Assembly: GCA_051362555.1 (NCBI GenBank)
Contig: CM120640.1
Coordinates: forward strand, 31,515,967-31,579,966
Direction: 5' to 3'
Length of the DNA: 64,000 nucleotides
Source of the DNA: Lingula anatina
Lineage: Eukaryota > Animalia > Brachiopoda
The notes beneath the pieces were generated by a model. That model saw nothing but the letters and a program-made list of their open reading frames with translations, ran no database searches and was not told where the DNA came from. The translations under genes and the position numbers were made by a program. The number at the start of each line of letters is the position of its first letter. The stretch's first letter is position 1. This document shows, piece after piece, positions 24,248-38,700 of this stretch.

Positions 24248-27200
24248 TAAAATTTGCAGTTATAATATTACATTGACATTATGTGTCTTCAAAAAATACT
24301 ATGGTCATTATTCTGATGATTTCATATCGGCGTCTTTGGGGTAAAGTACCATTTTCGGTTTCTTGATGTTCTTAAACTGTAACATTTTTAATGTACCTTT
24401 GTAAATAAAATTGACGGATGAAAAATGAAAAATGCTAACAAAATGTGGGACTTGATAGTTCTTCATGCCTTTGTCAAGATATACAACAATTTTGGTGATT
24501 TTATCTGCAACGGCTATGGGGTTATCCTCCGCAGTGATTGCTGAGTACACCCAATTAAAATTGGTAAGTTATGATCCCCCACAAAAAAGCCGGTACTTTA
24601 ATAGGTAAAATGTCACCTTAGCACGGTGGCAGCTCAACCTGTTATCGATATGTTGATCAGCAAAGCCCCTTTGTATATGTCAGATATAAAATATTGATTC
24701 AAGGATAAAAAATGATAGGAAAAAATCAAATAAGGTGATATAATGATATACAGTACTTCAAGGCATATAACCTTCACTTTTTCACATGTTCTTGTCGATT
24801 TCAGTTTGAGTGTGTGAGAAAAAATATTTGGTGATGAGCCAAATAACCTTTAAAGATATCTTATTCGAAATATCTTATTTTCTGGTCAAATGGCATACTC
24901 TTCCACCTTCCCCAAAATGTAATTTTCTCTTAATTATTACTCGACCAGTCCCTGCACTTGGATGAATTGTTTAACACCATTTCTAATTAAACATATTTAA
25001 TTTTTAAATAACTTGCCAGCCACTTAGACCGCCATGTCTTCCTGTACATTTCAGAAGACTATATGGACATCTGGTACTTTGGTTGAGGGGTTTTGCCGTT
25101 TTTTATGGTCTGGTAATGGAAGGATAAGCTTTGTATATGTAGACAGAAAACACGGATAGCATATTTTAAGATATAAACGCCCTATTTGAGGACATCGTCT
25201 TTCCTCTGTTACACTAGACGCTGATCCAGAAAAGAGGCTCATAAAGTAACTTTTATTTTCTCTGCTATCTATACTCGGTTTGACACTGTGTGATGATAGA
25301 CAAATGTATGGCAGCTTATTTCAGGGTGGTCGTCCTATAAAACCAATGGGCCGTGACAATATAAAAGGGATCTAAAATCGGTGAAAGGTGCTAAAAAAAG
25401 GACATTTTAGCCTAGTTGTCCATTTTAATTGACAAATACATGAATTCAAAAGCGATTTAAATCCCGAGAATCGGCGAATAAACAGACAACATTAGTCTTA
25501 ATAAAATCCCTAAATTTGCAAGCTTAGGGATTAATAATTATATTATATCCATAAGTGAAACACAGTCTACTTTTCTCTACTACTGTGTCAAGTTTATTTA
25601 ATAATGTTTATGTCGTTGATCTTATTTCTTTTCATAAGGCACCCAGATAAATATCATTCACCATGTTTATTGCAAAAATATGTATTCATTTTACACATGA
25701 AGTCACATGATTGTAAACATAATAAATGTGGAACTGCTGTATTCTGAAAATCTGTATTTGGTTCATTAAGATACATTATCTCTAATAGGAAAAAGTTTAA
25801 AATATGTTATTTCACACTTAAAGTCATCGATTTACATATTGAATGATAAAATGAATTTTTGTGAAAATAAAAAATCCCTTCTTGTAATATTTATCATGTG
25901 CGACACTCATCTATGAGTTAATTTGATATCAATTATAGATTAATTTACAATTGACATTTTGACTTTTTGGTAATTAAATGTCATTTATATCAATTCGTTT
26001 AGTCAATTATGTTAAAAGCTTAAAATAAACTCATGTTTTGAAAAATGGTTATATATTTCATTTATTTCACTGTTAAAGAAGCTGACAGTCCTCATGTGCA
26101 AGAATTTACAGAAACAGACGTTTGGTGAATTAGCACGAAGACACTGTAACAAATGAAACAAAAAAAAGTGAAGCATGTAAGCAAATAAAATAGCGAGGTA
26201 ATTTTGAAAAAAAAAAGGAAAAATTGCATCAGCTTTCACTCGTTTTCTCAATCGGAGAGAAGGTTCTATTTGATGACACCTAGAAAATAAATAGAACTTA
26301 TTTGTATCATACCTAAAATCGCCTTTAAAATTGAAAGACAACAGCTGTGTCATTTATCTTCCTTGTCTTCTGATGTAAAGAAAAAGACACTAAGAATAAA
26401 TACTTACATTTCAGACACACATAGGAAAAGAACAGAATTAAAATACTTCCACCACCCAAGTACTTTTATGGTCTCTAAAATCATTAGGGGCCTACTACAA
26501 GCAGCAATGCACAGTGAATTTTTGAGTTGGAAGTAATTTTCGTACATTGGAATCTGGCAGTTCCTCTTTCCTCAAAACTTTTCAAAATTTTAGTTATATT
26601 TTGATTATCATATCACTGTAAAATAATAGGGTCTGGTGCTCAACCAGAAGCGTATACCTGTAGTAATAATATGTAGTGTGGGGGCGTTGACCTACAGGGC
26701 CCTACGTACACGTATATTTTACACAGTACATATATATGTGAACATCGTACAGTACAATAATGGCACTGTCTGTTATTTTGGATCCAAGTACCGAGCGTGG
26801 ATTCGAGTAACACACATAAACCACAACCAGTAGATTCTTATACGACTCAAATGAAGTCGACATATCAAGGGATAAACCGTATTAATCACTCGATCAGCCA
26901 TAAAAGAGCTTCTAAACTGCACCTTCGTCAAGTTTTGATCATATATTGACCTAGTTATCTGACCAACTTATCTGCCCTGGTTATATACACCATAGAAAGT
27001 AAGATGAAAATATCCGTTCAAATATCGTTTTGGGGTAATATGAAGCGATATCCTAACCAATACTGTTTTAAACTACATGTACATGTTGGCATTTGGTTGG
27101 TTTTGTGGCAAAATTTTGACTTCAAGTGAACCATTAATGATACTTCTCTAGTACGCTTTGGTAAACTCTCCGTTGTATGCATATTACCAATATTTATATT

Positions 27201-27966
27201 ATAATCCTTTACCAGATCTTTCACTCTTTCCATTCTTGGTGATGGATTAGTTTAAGATGCTCTTCGGGTGAACAACCTTTTTTATGAAAAGTCACTGGTG
27301 TGATGTAGATTGCCTGACATTCCTTATCTCTGAGGACAATTTTGTTTGGTAAGAATCAGACCAAAACTATCAAACTGTAACTCCAGATTGTAGGCGTTTA
27401 AATGTCCAAAAATAAAAATATATATGCTGTGGACAATCGTTGAATGATAAAAAAGAGAAACATTATAAAGACAAAGGCTATCCACATTGAATTTAAGGTG
27501 ATTTAATAATTTAAACTCAGTTCATTTCAAGTAATAATAGGTTTTGGGAACTATTCCATTAACAGCAATGTTTTTAGCAAGCCGTACAAACTGGTCCAGT
27601 CCCACATGCATTGGGGGAATTCGAGCAGCAAAGGTCCTGAACACTTCATCGACGGGAAACAGTACATACATGTGTACCATGCATGTATATAAGATTTAGT
27701 CTGCCGTCACCAACAAACTCCATATAAACACTAGCCTGTGATATATCTACGAAACCTTCTCGGAACATACGGTACCTACTGTATGCTCAACAGCGCTTAG
27801 CCTTATTAACGGTCGCTTTCTGCTTGACAGATGCACTTTGTTCATTACTCGACGAAGTATGCCGATTTCAACGCGGCGAAAAATAAATCTGACGGTCTGG
27901 CTGTGTTAGGACTTCTTTCAGTGACTACGGATTACTTTCAGGATGCAGTGTTTCGCTAAAAATTAA

Positions 27967-28480
27967 AGAGGAATACAAGTCTCTGGGGACCTAATTTCAA
28001 TAAAATCCGACCCCCTCTTCTCTCTAGACGTACGTTTGCAAATAAACGCCGAAATAAGCCTTACAGTATTTTATTTTAATTTTTTAATACAGTTAGTTTT
28101 CCTGGTTTCAGCTCTGTCCAAGATACGCGTAGCCACTTTTAAATAATCGTTTAAAAATAGTCCAAGCGCTACTAGGAAGATATGTTTTACATAATCAGAA
28201 TGCACGAAAGTCCAGGAAAATGTGTTCCATTTTTTGTATCGTTAAGTGCTTTATTTGCGAGGTAAACATGTCGTACCCATGCAAAGGCATTACACGCCGC
28301 ATTGTAATACATAGGCCAATGTCAGAGAGTTCAGGCAATGACGTCACGACTGGATAATTACCCCCAAAAAATTAGGCTTACGCTTACCTTACAGTGGGTA
28401 AAACGTGATGGGCAGATCTAGAGAGAAGAGGGAGGTTGGATTTTATTGAATTTAGGTCCCCCAGAGACTACTATTCCCCT
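27967..28480. mobile_element. Non-autonomous DNA transposon with ~60-bp TIR and TTAA TSD (Kolobok-like)
   Basis: TTAA|AGAGGAATACAAGTCTCTGGGGACCTAATTTCAATAAAATCC... / ...GGATTTTATTGAATTTAGGTCCCCCAGAGACTACTATTCCCCT|TTAA. Purine-purine termini favour Kolobok over piggyBac. Empty site at ~45576. Confidence 0.8.
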
Positions 28481-28496
28481 TTAAGTCATTTGGTTA

Positions 28497-28718
28497 TACC
28501 CCCTTTACACTGGACGGCGTCCTTTCTGCGTCCTCTCTGCGACCATGAAATTTGGCATCGCTGTGGTCTTAATAAGGAAGCACGAGCACTGATTTTGTAT
28601 CAGAATGAATGCTCAATGATCGGCCAGTTGTCGGCACGTAAAATATTATAATTTTTAACTCTCAAATGGGGCCGTGCTGCTGGACGCAGATAGGACGCCG
28701 TCCAGTGTAAAGGGACCC
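28497..28718. mobile_element. PIF/Harbinger-like MITE with TTA TSD
   Basis: TTA|TACCCCCTTTACACTGGACGGCGTCC ... GGACGCCGTCCAGTGTAAAGGGACCC|TTA; empty site GGTTATTGAAATAAA at ~45587. Confidence 0.82.
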
Positions 28719-29474
28719 TTATTGAAATAAACGTGTGCATTAAACAAAAATCCAGTTGATATGTGAGACGTCTACTTTACCAAGGTTTTCATTCTCAACA
28801 GTACAAATACGATTGGCGCTGCAGCTTTTAAGGCGAACAAAAATGCAATGGATAAGTTTAAGTAATTACCAGTATAAGTTATGGAGTAGCCAGCTAAACT
28901 ATAGGTATTCATTTTTGCTACTATTGCAGTAGTTGAGATTGCAAGTGTGATTGCGCCAGTTATGATTGCAGGTGCAGTCTGAGGACAACACGAACCTAAA
29001 ACCTATTTTGGACATTCAAACATCACTGAATCAGGTGTGCAGAGTATTAATGTTTTTTATCGTAACTTACTTATTCAATTATGAACAAATGCAATTATAC
29101 AAAGATCGAGGCACATATATATTTACTTGCTCATATGCACCAGCATCTGGTGTCATTTGGACAACTGGGTAAAGGATGATAATAATAATAATAATAATGC
29201 TAGATGGCAAGTTATGCAAATACGTTATATGCAAAGCCGTTATATTAGAAAATGGCCGAGGTGGCAGTTACATCATCTGATCCTCAGCTCCACCCATGCA
29301 GGCCTGTATTGAGGTAAATCGGGAAAACGCTCTGGGCACGGTATACTGGTAATTTGATGGTGATAACATTGACAGGTAAGTGGCACATTGTGAGTGGCTG
29401 AGGCAGCGGTGCTCGACAACTTTTACTTTTGTCTATACGTCACACCGCTTCATCTGTTACATAACACGAACCAC

Positions 29475-29625
29475 ATACGTCATTCTTATCAGATTATAAA
29501 GACAGTCACCAGGACATAAAAAGTCTCACCAAGAACCTGTGGCCACTAGAGGATACACAGCTGAAAGGAGAACGAACAAAAATCTCAAGCTTGAACACAA
29601 CGTCAGAAACTTCTGCACAGCAAAG
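29475..29625 (+). promoter_or_regulatory. Core promoter (TATA 29495-29500) and probable non-coding first exon of subtilase B
   Basis: Paralog of 18070-18221; TATAAA and donor AAAG|GTAACA are conserved. Confidence 0.55.
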
Positions 29626-30060
29626 GTAACAGTGCGGTGTTTACCTTCATCCGGTGTCCATTACTGACGGTAAGTAATCATTGCCACCTTGTGTTTTGAT
29701 GATATTTCTTTCAGATATATCATATCAAACCATGGAAGCATAACTGTCAGTTATTTTTCCCTGCTCAAGTTAAAACAGATCTTCCTTTGTTAAAACAAGT
29801 GCAAAGTGAGCGACTGGTATTACATTCTAACTTCTTACTGAACAAACATAAATGTACATACGGGTACCGTTCTTTTTACTTTTTCTTTTTACTTTTTTAG
29901 AATTTGAGTAGTCACTGCCACTGATGCAGGCAAGTTTTGTTTTTCACAAAACAAAAGAAAGAGAAACTGAATTGATAAGAATGCTGAATCGTTTTTTGTA
30001 AAAGTGAAAATAAAGCTAAATTTCGTATGTTTTTTCAAGGTCTTCAAACCACAGAAAAAT

Positions 30061-32571
30061 ATGAAGACCTCTTTCGCTATATTGGCAGCACTGGCCGTGG
30101 TCGCTGTCGTTTACGGTGCAAAAAATAAAGCTGGAGATAAACCATCACCTGCAGTAGCACCCTCTGTACCAGAAAAAGATGAAAAAAAGATTCCTTTTAA
30201 AACTTCTGAAGAAGATGATGGACAAGAAAAAGATCCAAAAGAATCAGGGAAATTAGAGGGAGATGAAAAGAAACAAGGTGGTCTCCAATTAGACAAAGGT
30301 CTGTCCGATGACGAGAGAGACCACTTGATACGCAAGGAATTGTCTAAACAAGGCAAGCTAGTGGTGGATGAGCGAAGTGGAAAAGGTAACACACAGTATT
30401 TTCACGTTTTCAAAGATGACTTTACCGTATCATTAAGTGCAATTAAAACATACTTATTGACTTGGTCGTAATGAACAGTAAAGTGATTTCAGTAAATGTG
30501 TAATATAGCTTTCACGATATTATGTCTGCGCCATGACTTGTCGGTGATATTGCTACTTGGTTATGATTCAGTTAAAACCATTAAAAGCCATATATATACA
30601 AAAGCAATGGCGATAAACCCGTCACCTCGTCATGATTTCAGTCCGTCTTGTGAAAGCCGGAGCACAAGGGGAGGGAGTTCCAAAGTCATACATTGTCACG
30701 CTTAAGGAAAACGTTTCGAATAAGGGAGGTAAGTTTCCAGTTTAGATATAAAATCATTAATGGGTATAATACGTTGACTTATGTGCGAAGTGAATAGTCT
30801 TCCCAATTCAAGGTCAGTTTGTATAATGGATAAAATAAATAATATTAAGAAATTAAAGCGTGGTTTTCTTATTCATGGTCAACGCTTTAATTTTATACCG
30901 TGTGATCGTTCTCTAAAATTATCAACCAATCACATCTTATCACTAATTTTTGCCAAGACGTCACGCAGCTTTAATTTGCAGCCTTTTGCGCAATTTTATA
31001 AAAGTAAGATGGCGTTTTTTGCAGCGTACGACCAGAGGGTGGAAACGTATTGCCTTTATGACTAAACCGTCATTTCTCGATATTGGTTTGTGACCTTCAT
31101 GGTCAATTAGGGCTTGGCCTCTGCGCCACGCATGAACAGCAGTAAGTCGGTCCACCACACCTGGGTCTTTTTGTCTTTGACAAATGTTAAGTCGTCAAGG
31201 AAGATATTATTCAAGACCTCGGACTAACATCTACTAAGACTCCCTGTGGCTTCTTCAGTAACGTTCCTACAATTCACGATTTTTCTTTCTGTGCGTACAT
31301 ACCCTGAAAATGGTTAGCCGATCTTATGAGAACTATGTCACTTTCTCACCCTTCTCTAAGATAACCCCTGGTACGGCTGCAATTCCACGAACATTTCTTA
31401 AAAGTCACTAATTAGCACATGCAAGTCGTGTCGATTCTGTTGATAAGCATACCGGCAGGTATGATTATATGAACGGTAGCTAGTAATTAGACATGCGCTA
31501 GAACTTGCTTGTCAGTTTAACACAAAGCAGCTTATATAATTACCAGCTGAGATGACCAGGCAAGCCCCTACCCATCGGGGGCACAGACTGATTTCTCACC
31601 AGATATTCACAGATATGTCTCTGGCAAAGGTCACAGTTATTCTCTCTACGCCTCAGCGCAAATGTCCACATAATGATAACTGCAGCCCTGGTAGAGGTTG
31701 CAAGCCCCAATCATCGTATACGTGAGAAAGTTTATGGCACATCCTCCCTGTATTTTTCTCAAGAAAGAATTATCGATGCGCTTTTTCTTCCTGGGCAATG
31801 ATTTCATTCGTTTTTTCTAAAACTTTTTTTTGGCATTGGGGGCTTGAGAAAAATTTATTTGCATCGAAATGCCTATCTTGCGCTTATTCGTATAACTGGC
31901 ATGATGGCTAACTTCAGTCGCCTGAGATACCCTTCATTCTGGGATTGAATAGGTTTAAAATGGCGGCTCAAAATGGAAGGACTTCCGGTAGATTTTAATG
32001 ATATGTATTTGAATAAAAACAAATAATGTGCTACCATGTCGTTTTTTATTGATGCACAGCGGAAGGAAATAATCACAACATGTTCACCGTACGTATGGAT
32101 GTAAAATATTGCAAATATTTTAATATAGTAACTTCAGGTCTTCTTAATACATTATTTAACTTTGCAATTACTTCGTATTTTCCAGTAAAACAGATGTTAA
32201 AAAGGAGTGGTTTGAGAGGCAAATCCAAGCGGGTGAAATTCAGCTCCAAAACGAACTTTGTTCTAATTGATGATGTCGAAGAAGAGTAAGTGGCAGTAAA
32301 TGATACGCGGGTAGCTAAACCTCTGACATGAGATGAGATAACTTATATTATATCTTTTAAAAACAGAGTAGCCTACATTGTATCTATTATAGATTTTACT
32401 GAGGTGTGTGTGTGTGTGTGTGTGTGCCGCGCGTGTGTTCAATGTAAGCTAATTTGATTATTTGTATACATTACAGACCATTGGATTCCCTAAGAGACAA
32501 AGTGGCAATGATGTTACACGGGTAGCCAAACCTCTGACATGAGATCACTTATAGTATATTCTTTGAAAAAC

Positions 32572-32616
<45 letters not shown>

Positions 32617-34033
32617 TTAATGTTAACTATTTTGATTATTTGTGTACATTACAGAGAATTGGATTCCCTAAGAGACTATACCGATTTAATCAAGGAAATC
32701 GAACAAAACAACGTAGTCCATGCTGTTGATGATTGCGTTACCAGTCAAGTTAAAAGCGCCTTATGGGTAAGTTGAATTTTTAGAAAGATCCAAATAAGAA
32801 ATATAAGCAAATTAGATATTGTGAGTTACTGTGTAACGAATTTAGTTGTGAATTCAACCCAAGGTCTTTCAAAAATATCGATCTTGACGAGCTGGTCACT
32901 TGAACCACACGCCTTGGAATCGTCCCCAGTGCCTCACTTGACCAGCGCATGGGAATCGGTTTCTTGTGAAAGATTTCAGAGACATTGGTACATAACATTA
33001 TAAGTTTCAGAATTTGATTAATTTATATTTATACCTTGAGGACTACTAATGGATGACGGAGAACATTTAATCAGTCATAGAACATACTTTGGACTATATC
33101 TTTACTTAGATCATCTTCATAACAGAAGTCAAATATAGACATTATCTCGTAAAATTATTTTGATAGGGGCTGGATCGACTGGACAGCGCGCCAAATGACG
33201 ACCAAATGGTCGCTTGGGGAGATGGTGCCTCTATCGACGTCTACATCATCGACACTGGAGTGTTAGCTGCTCATCAGGATTTTGGAGGCCGTGTAACACT
33301 CGGTCTTAATTCCATTACCGGAAATCTAGACTCTAATGATGACCACGGCCACGGAACCCACGTAGCAGGCACTGCGGCAGGTACCACTTATGGCGTTGCC
33401 AAAAATGCCAACATTATCGCAGTGAAGGTGTTGTCTTCCTCGGGGTCTGGTTCCTCTGCAGGAGTCATTAGAGGTGTGGAATGGGTAAGAGACAGAGTTT
33501 TACAAAACAAGAAGGTGTCCATCGTCAACATGTCTCTCGGGGGTGGCTACTCCGCTGCTTCCAACAGGGCACAGAAAGAGCTGAGGGAGGCCGGGGTGTT
33601 CTCGGCTGTTGCAGCAGGGAATGATAACTCTGATGCTTGTGGATCATCGCCTGCTTCCGCACCTGACGCCATCACGGTAGGCTCCACCACTTCCTCCGAC
33701 GCCAAGTCTGGCTTTTCCAACTGGGGAAGTTGTGTGGACATACACGCTCCAGGATCCGGCATCTTATCGGCATATCACACAAGCAACAACGCGACCAGAA
33801 CTCTCAGCGGTACTTCAATGGCTTCTCCCCACGTTGCTGGCGTAGCTGCGGCGTTAGCTTCCACTTTCAACGCGAAGGGCTGGTTTCAAGAGACCTCCCC
33901 TACAGCGGTCGATTGGTTGGAGTCCTACATAAAATTGTACGCCCAGGAAGGTGTCATCAGTGGATTAGTTTCTGGAACCACAGAAAAAATGCTCCATATG
34001 GAGTGCCTGAATATGGAGCAATACAACAACTGA
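30061..34033 (+). CDS. Secreted S8A proteinase K-type subtilase B, 496 aa (close paralog of A)
   Basis: Exons 30061-30385, 30642-30728, 32186-32285, 32655-32766, 33167-34033 total 1491 nt in frame; intact D/H/S triad motifs. Confidence 0.93.
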
Positions 34034-35225
34034 GTCAGCAGCTACAGTCATATATTTGTCAATATAGATTTTAATGGTATACAGGTTGTTTAAAATGAAC
34101 TAGCTTTAAAGCAAAGTTTTCTTCTGTTATCTTGATAAAACCAAAGCATTCCGCCTAAACTTGAATACTAACTTATTCAGATAATTAAGTTTTATAAGGA
34201 CAGAATGAAAATTGAACGAAAAAACATACATGGAAACAAAACTGTTTAAAAACCAAGGATAATAAGAATATATTTAAGCATTTGTGACGGAAAAATGGTC
34301 TAGGTTTTCATGTGAGAACTAGTCAACGTTTTTTTTAAATGTCTGTATAAAGTTGCGACAACTGAAAACTTATCAGAGGTAAAATTTTTTATCATTTGCA
34401 ATATTGCGATCTTATTTTAAAACTTTAAATATCACAGTAAACAAAATTTTAGCGAAATGTTGAAAATTGGGTACCGATATATTGGATGCATGAGAGGATG
34501 CCAGCAGAGAAATATTCCTTGATGCAATTTTGTCTTATTGAATAATAGAATAATCTCTTAATTATAGCTTTCTGAATAATAAGCAAGGGAATCCTATCAA
34601 ATTAAGACTCGTGATTCAAATTTTCGGGTTGGCCTGGGGTTGATCTGTCGTATTATCAGCACAATTTAAGGCAAAATAAAGTTTAATCTGAAATCAAAAT
34701 CGTATTTTCCATTTTGGATATTCATGCAAATATGTGAATATCTAGTGAAAAATCAGTATATGGCCCTGGTAGAGGGTAGTTCGTCATCGAAATACTTTGG
34801 AGTATCTATCACTAATACCCGAATATTTTACTCGATCCGACTGCAATCTTATAACTGCTTCAAGTGACATTAATTTAACGGAATGGAAATCGAAAAGTTG
34901 TGAAAAAATAGAAAACGCCAAGGAAGTATCCTTATAATTATATCGTTTATCTGTTTTTTAATTTATTCACTTATTATTCTTTTGAAAGTGACAAATCTGC
35001 CTACAACATTCACCACTGTTACTTAAATTCAAAGGGTGCAAGGAGAAATAAGAAAATGTGATATGATACATTACAAAAAGATTTTTAAAAAATACAAAGT
35101 TAGAACACCAACAAAGAGAAAGTGACGCAAGTCTGCAGCGGTACACACTCATTTATATAATAGCATCTGCCATTTCAAACAATTTGTACTAAATCAGCTA
35201 GCTATAGAGTTCAAAATAAGAGGTA

Positions 35226-35631
35226 AACTAGAGGATCAGAGATGCGATACCGCTTTCGGGTATTGTACCAACAACTGCAGTAAGCGCATTCGTATGGAAA
35301 ACAAAACAAAACAAAACAAAAAGATACACTGCCGCGCCTCCAGTGCTGTGCTGGACAAGCTCTACAAAATGCACTAAAAAGTTTTCAGTTTTTTTTTTGT
35401 TGAAAATTACACTATATATCAAAATCATGGGGAAAAGTAAAAGTTCAAATCCAAATTTTGGACAAGGGTGCATTGCGACGAGCGCCACACCTAAACCCGT
35501 GCACCAACACGCAGGTTCTAGTAGTCTAGGAGAAGACGCAGTAACGGTGACATGGCAGCGGATACGGCGGACGAGACGGGTCGGGACTCAAACCATGTGT
35601 ACCGCCAGCGCCTACGCTGATGGTACAATAA
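35226..35631 (-). mobile_element. Helentron-associated (HINE/DINE-like) non-autonomous element
   Basis: Absent from the paralogous site near 23120. Subterminal inverted repeat TATTGTACCA/TGGTACAATA at 35261 and 35621, hairpins at both ends, minus-strand 3' end ...CTCTAGTT, inserted in an A/T run with no clear TSD. Confidence 0.55.
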
Positions 35632-35714
35632 ACTACAGCACTTAACATTTAAATGAAACTAATTACAGGTTACGAGAGTGGAATTTTATCTAGCAGTCGA
35701 AGATTAATTAACAT

Positions 35715-38700
35715 TCAAGAAGAAGATAAACATTCAACATGTAGCAAGCGGTGGTTTTCCCCAGGTGTGGTAACGGCAAAATACATCAAATAATGATTCA
35801 CCAATCGTTCAAACGCAGGGGTATTTTCCTGGAAGTAACCCTCTGCAACGAACACCGATCCCAGTGCCGCAACCGCCCCAGCGACTAAAGGAGACGCCAT
35901 AGATGTGCCACTCTTTACTGCAGTGGAAGTGTCGGTTTTATTAGTTGCTGAGAGAATACGGTCTCCGGGGGCATATATATCTACACAACGGCCATAGTTG
36001 GAAAAATCCGCCCTGGAATCAGACGAGGTGGTTGCACCTACTGTAATTGCTTTGGGGGCACTGGATGGGGAACTGAGACAGGCGTCTTCATTATCGTTTC
36101 CTGCAGCGACGACGACAGGGATACCTTCATCAACCAAGGCTGCAACGGCGTCGTTCGACGCAGTGCTGTAGCCTCCGCCTAAGGACATATTCACCACAGA
36201 TGTGCGCTTTCTAGCACGCACCTGCTCAAGCACCCAGTACATTCCATTTAGAACGCCCTGGGAAGTACCGCTTCCGTTGCCATCTAATACCTTCACAGCG
36301 ATCAGGTGAACTCCTTTAGCAATTCCGTACTTTGAACAACCAACTGTTCCCGCGACATGAGTGCCGTGACCATGGTCGTCAATGGCGGCCGTTTCTGACG
36401 TGTCGGGAAAGCCAAGTGTCACTCTCCCTCCTGCAAAACACTCATGACTGGGTCTTATTCCAGTGTCAATAATATAGACATCTATTCCACTGCCGTTACC
36501 CCAGCTTAGCAGGCGATTGTCATCTCGGATTTTGTCAACTCTGTCCAAGCCCTGAAAAAAAAAGTAACGAAATATTATATATTACATAAATTCGAAATAA
36601 GCCGAATTTTTGCCGACAAAAGGTCCGGGAAAAGGTCTTTTAGGATATATATGTATATCCTAAAAGTGCGTATGCGTGGTCCACCAAGATTGTGACCTAT
36701 TTCACCGTTCACGTGTAGTTATTGCTTAGAAGAGGCAGAGCTTTATACCATGTAAGCCAAAATCAGGCTGAAAAACGACTCTACATAAAATCGGTGGTTA
36801 TAATATTATCATTTGTCCATTAATATTATTTGTCTTCAAAAATACTATGGTCATTATTCTGATGATTTCATACCGGTGGCTTTGGGGTGAAAGTACTATT
36901 TTCGGTTTCTTAATGTTCTTTACTACTTGAGCTTGTATTTAAAAAATCCAACGGAAAATAGATGTGCACGAGTACTATATTTATCACTTATGACTATAAA
37001 TTACACCCATTTCATCGATTTACATATTGAATGATAAATTGAATTTTTGTGAAAAAAAAAACCCTTTATGTAATATTTATCATGTGCGACACGCATCTAT
37101 TAGTTAATTTGATATCAATTATAGATTAATTTACAGTTGACATTTTGACTTTTTGGTAATTAAATGTCATTTATATCAATCGGTATGACGTTCATCATTC
37201 CCTATATGGAAAGTGAAAGGTCAATACGGGGATCCAGAAGGCGAAAAAAGTTACCATGTAGTCAATCGTGCCTCTGCATGAGCTGTGAATACGTGTATGT
37301 GAACAGTGGATGCATCCCAGATAGTGATGAGAATGAAAATGATGATGTTTTGTAAATGTTGTAATGATTTAAAATAAAATATTTGATCATATTTTGCACG
37401 GTGTCATTGAATATTTACTACTTGTATACACGACATGAATAAAAGTGATATGAATATCTCAAACATTTTGAAACTGAAAGAGGCTACAAAACTCACCAGT
37501 ATTTAAGACTGCTTCCGTGCTAAGGATGGTTAAAATCCTTTCTGAGCCTTTTAAGTTTTGAAGGAGGCATGATGCAGGTGTGTAAATCGAGGGGAAAGCG
37601 CCCAACTTGTAAGAATACGAGAGGTATATTCTGCTTTAAACTAAATAAATAAAGTAAAAAGCAAGCTACAAATTTTTAAACAAAACACACCATCTTTCTT
37701 AGTTGTACTCACCCACAGTCCATATAAGTCAAGTACGTTGTATTCATGACAGCTACTAAAATCGTCATTAACTTTCACTATAACATCTTGCTCGATTTCT
37801 TCAATAATATCTGTGTTCTTTCTTACTTCTTCCACCTCGCTACAAAAGATGGAAAGTGCATTACAAAAATGAAATTTAACACATTCGTCGTCTTTTTATT
37901 TTGGACCTTAGCTGCACTGTCTTTACGGTATAACTCCTGTTAGTATAACTCCTTGTACAGGATAACTCCTGTTAGGGTGAAAAGAAGCCCTAGCTTGTTC
38001 ATGTGATTATACTCCCTAGATTTAGAAGAATTCGCACCACAAACGTTGTATGGGTTTTGCACGTAGACTTACCTCTCTGTAAGCTTCACCATTACTATGT
38101 CTGTTTCACTGTTAAATTTAATGTGGTCGCCTTTGTACCGCGGAATCGTCTCCAGAAACCGTGCAACTAAGGAGATAAAAATAGTAAAGCTAGCTGGTAA
38201 GCAAATAAAATACCGAGGTAATTTTGAAAAAAAATTGCAAAATTGCATCAGCGCCCACTCGTACTCTCAATGGGAGCGAGGGTTCTATTTGATGACACGA
38301 AGAAAATAAATGGAACTTATTTGTATCGTTACAAAAATCGTTTTAAAAGTTGAAAGACAACGATTGTGTCATTTATCTTCCTTGTCTTCTGTTTAAAAAA
38401 AGACAATAATTATAAATACTCACATAGGAAGAGAACAGAGTTAAAATACTTCTTCTGTTCCAAGTCACTCTTCATATCGAGATATTATTATTATTATTAT
38501 TAGCGTACATAGAAATAGGCCCCAATCGACCCCACTGTTAAAATAAAAAATCATACCTTGTTTATCGGTTAGTCCTTCCTTCAATCGAATAACGTACTGG
38601 TCGCGTACCCCATACCCCTTATTTGCCTTTATAAGGCGCGCTAGAATGTAAAATGTACACAGAATCACAGTAATCTTCGTGCAGTCTTGCCTTAACTTGC

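Larger units (their letters stand above)
27520..29034 (+). pseudogene. Carbonic anhydrase pseudogene fragments (three degraded exons)
   Basis: 27530-27665 encodes KPYKLVQSHMHWGNSSSKGPEHFIDGKQY with the donor deleted. 27831-27920 encodes MHFVHYSTKYADFNAAKNKSDGLAVLGLL with the end disrupted. 28972-29034 encodes VQSEDNTNLKPILD with a frameshift. The other exons are missing. Confidence 0.88.
17905..29275 (+). other. Tandem segmental duplication, copy 1 (deleted/pseudogenised; paralog ~29290-47390)
   Basis: Collinear matches: 17905-23250 ~ 29290-35760; 24035 ~ 36752; 25830 ~ 37013; 26170-26450 ~ 38180-38460; 26460-29150 ~ 44140-46490; 29210-29270 ~ 47338-47390. Confidence 0.85.

Noticed and set aside
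32875-32955. tRNA gene or tRNA-derived SINE head on the minus strand (A/B-box-like TGGTCAAGTGAGG, GGTTCAAGT)
   Set aside because: No convincing cloverleaf and only one copy in the window; needs tRNAscan-SE or Dfam.
18691-36548. Antisense and alternate-frame ORFs over subtilase exons (e.g. 18691-18936, 21413-21675, 33547-33762)
   Set aside because: Shadows of real coding exons; they are conserved only because the genes are duplicated.
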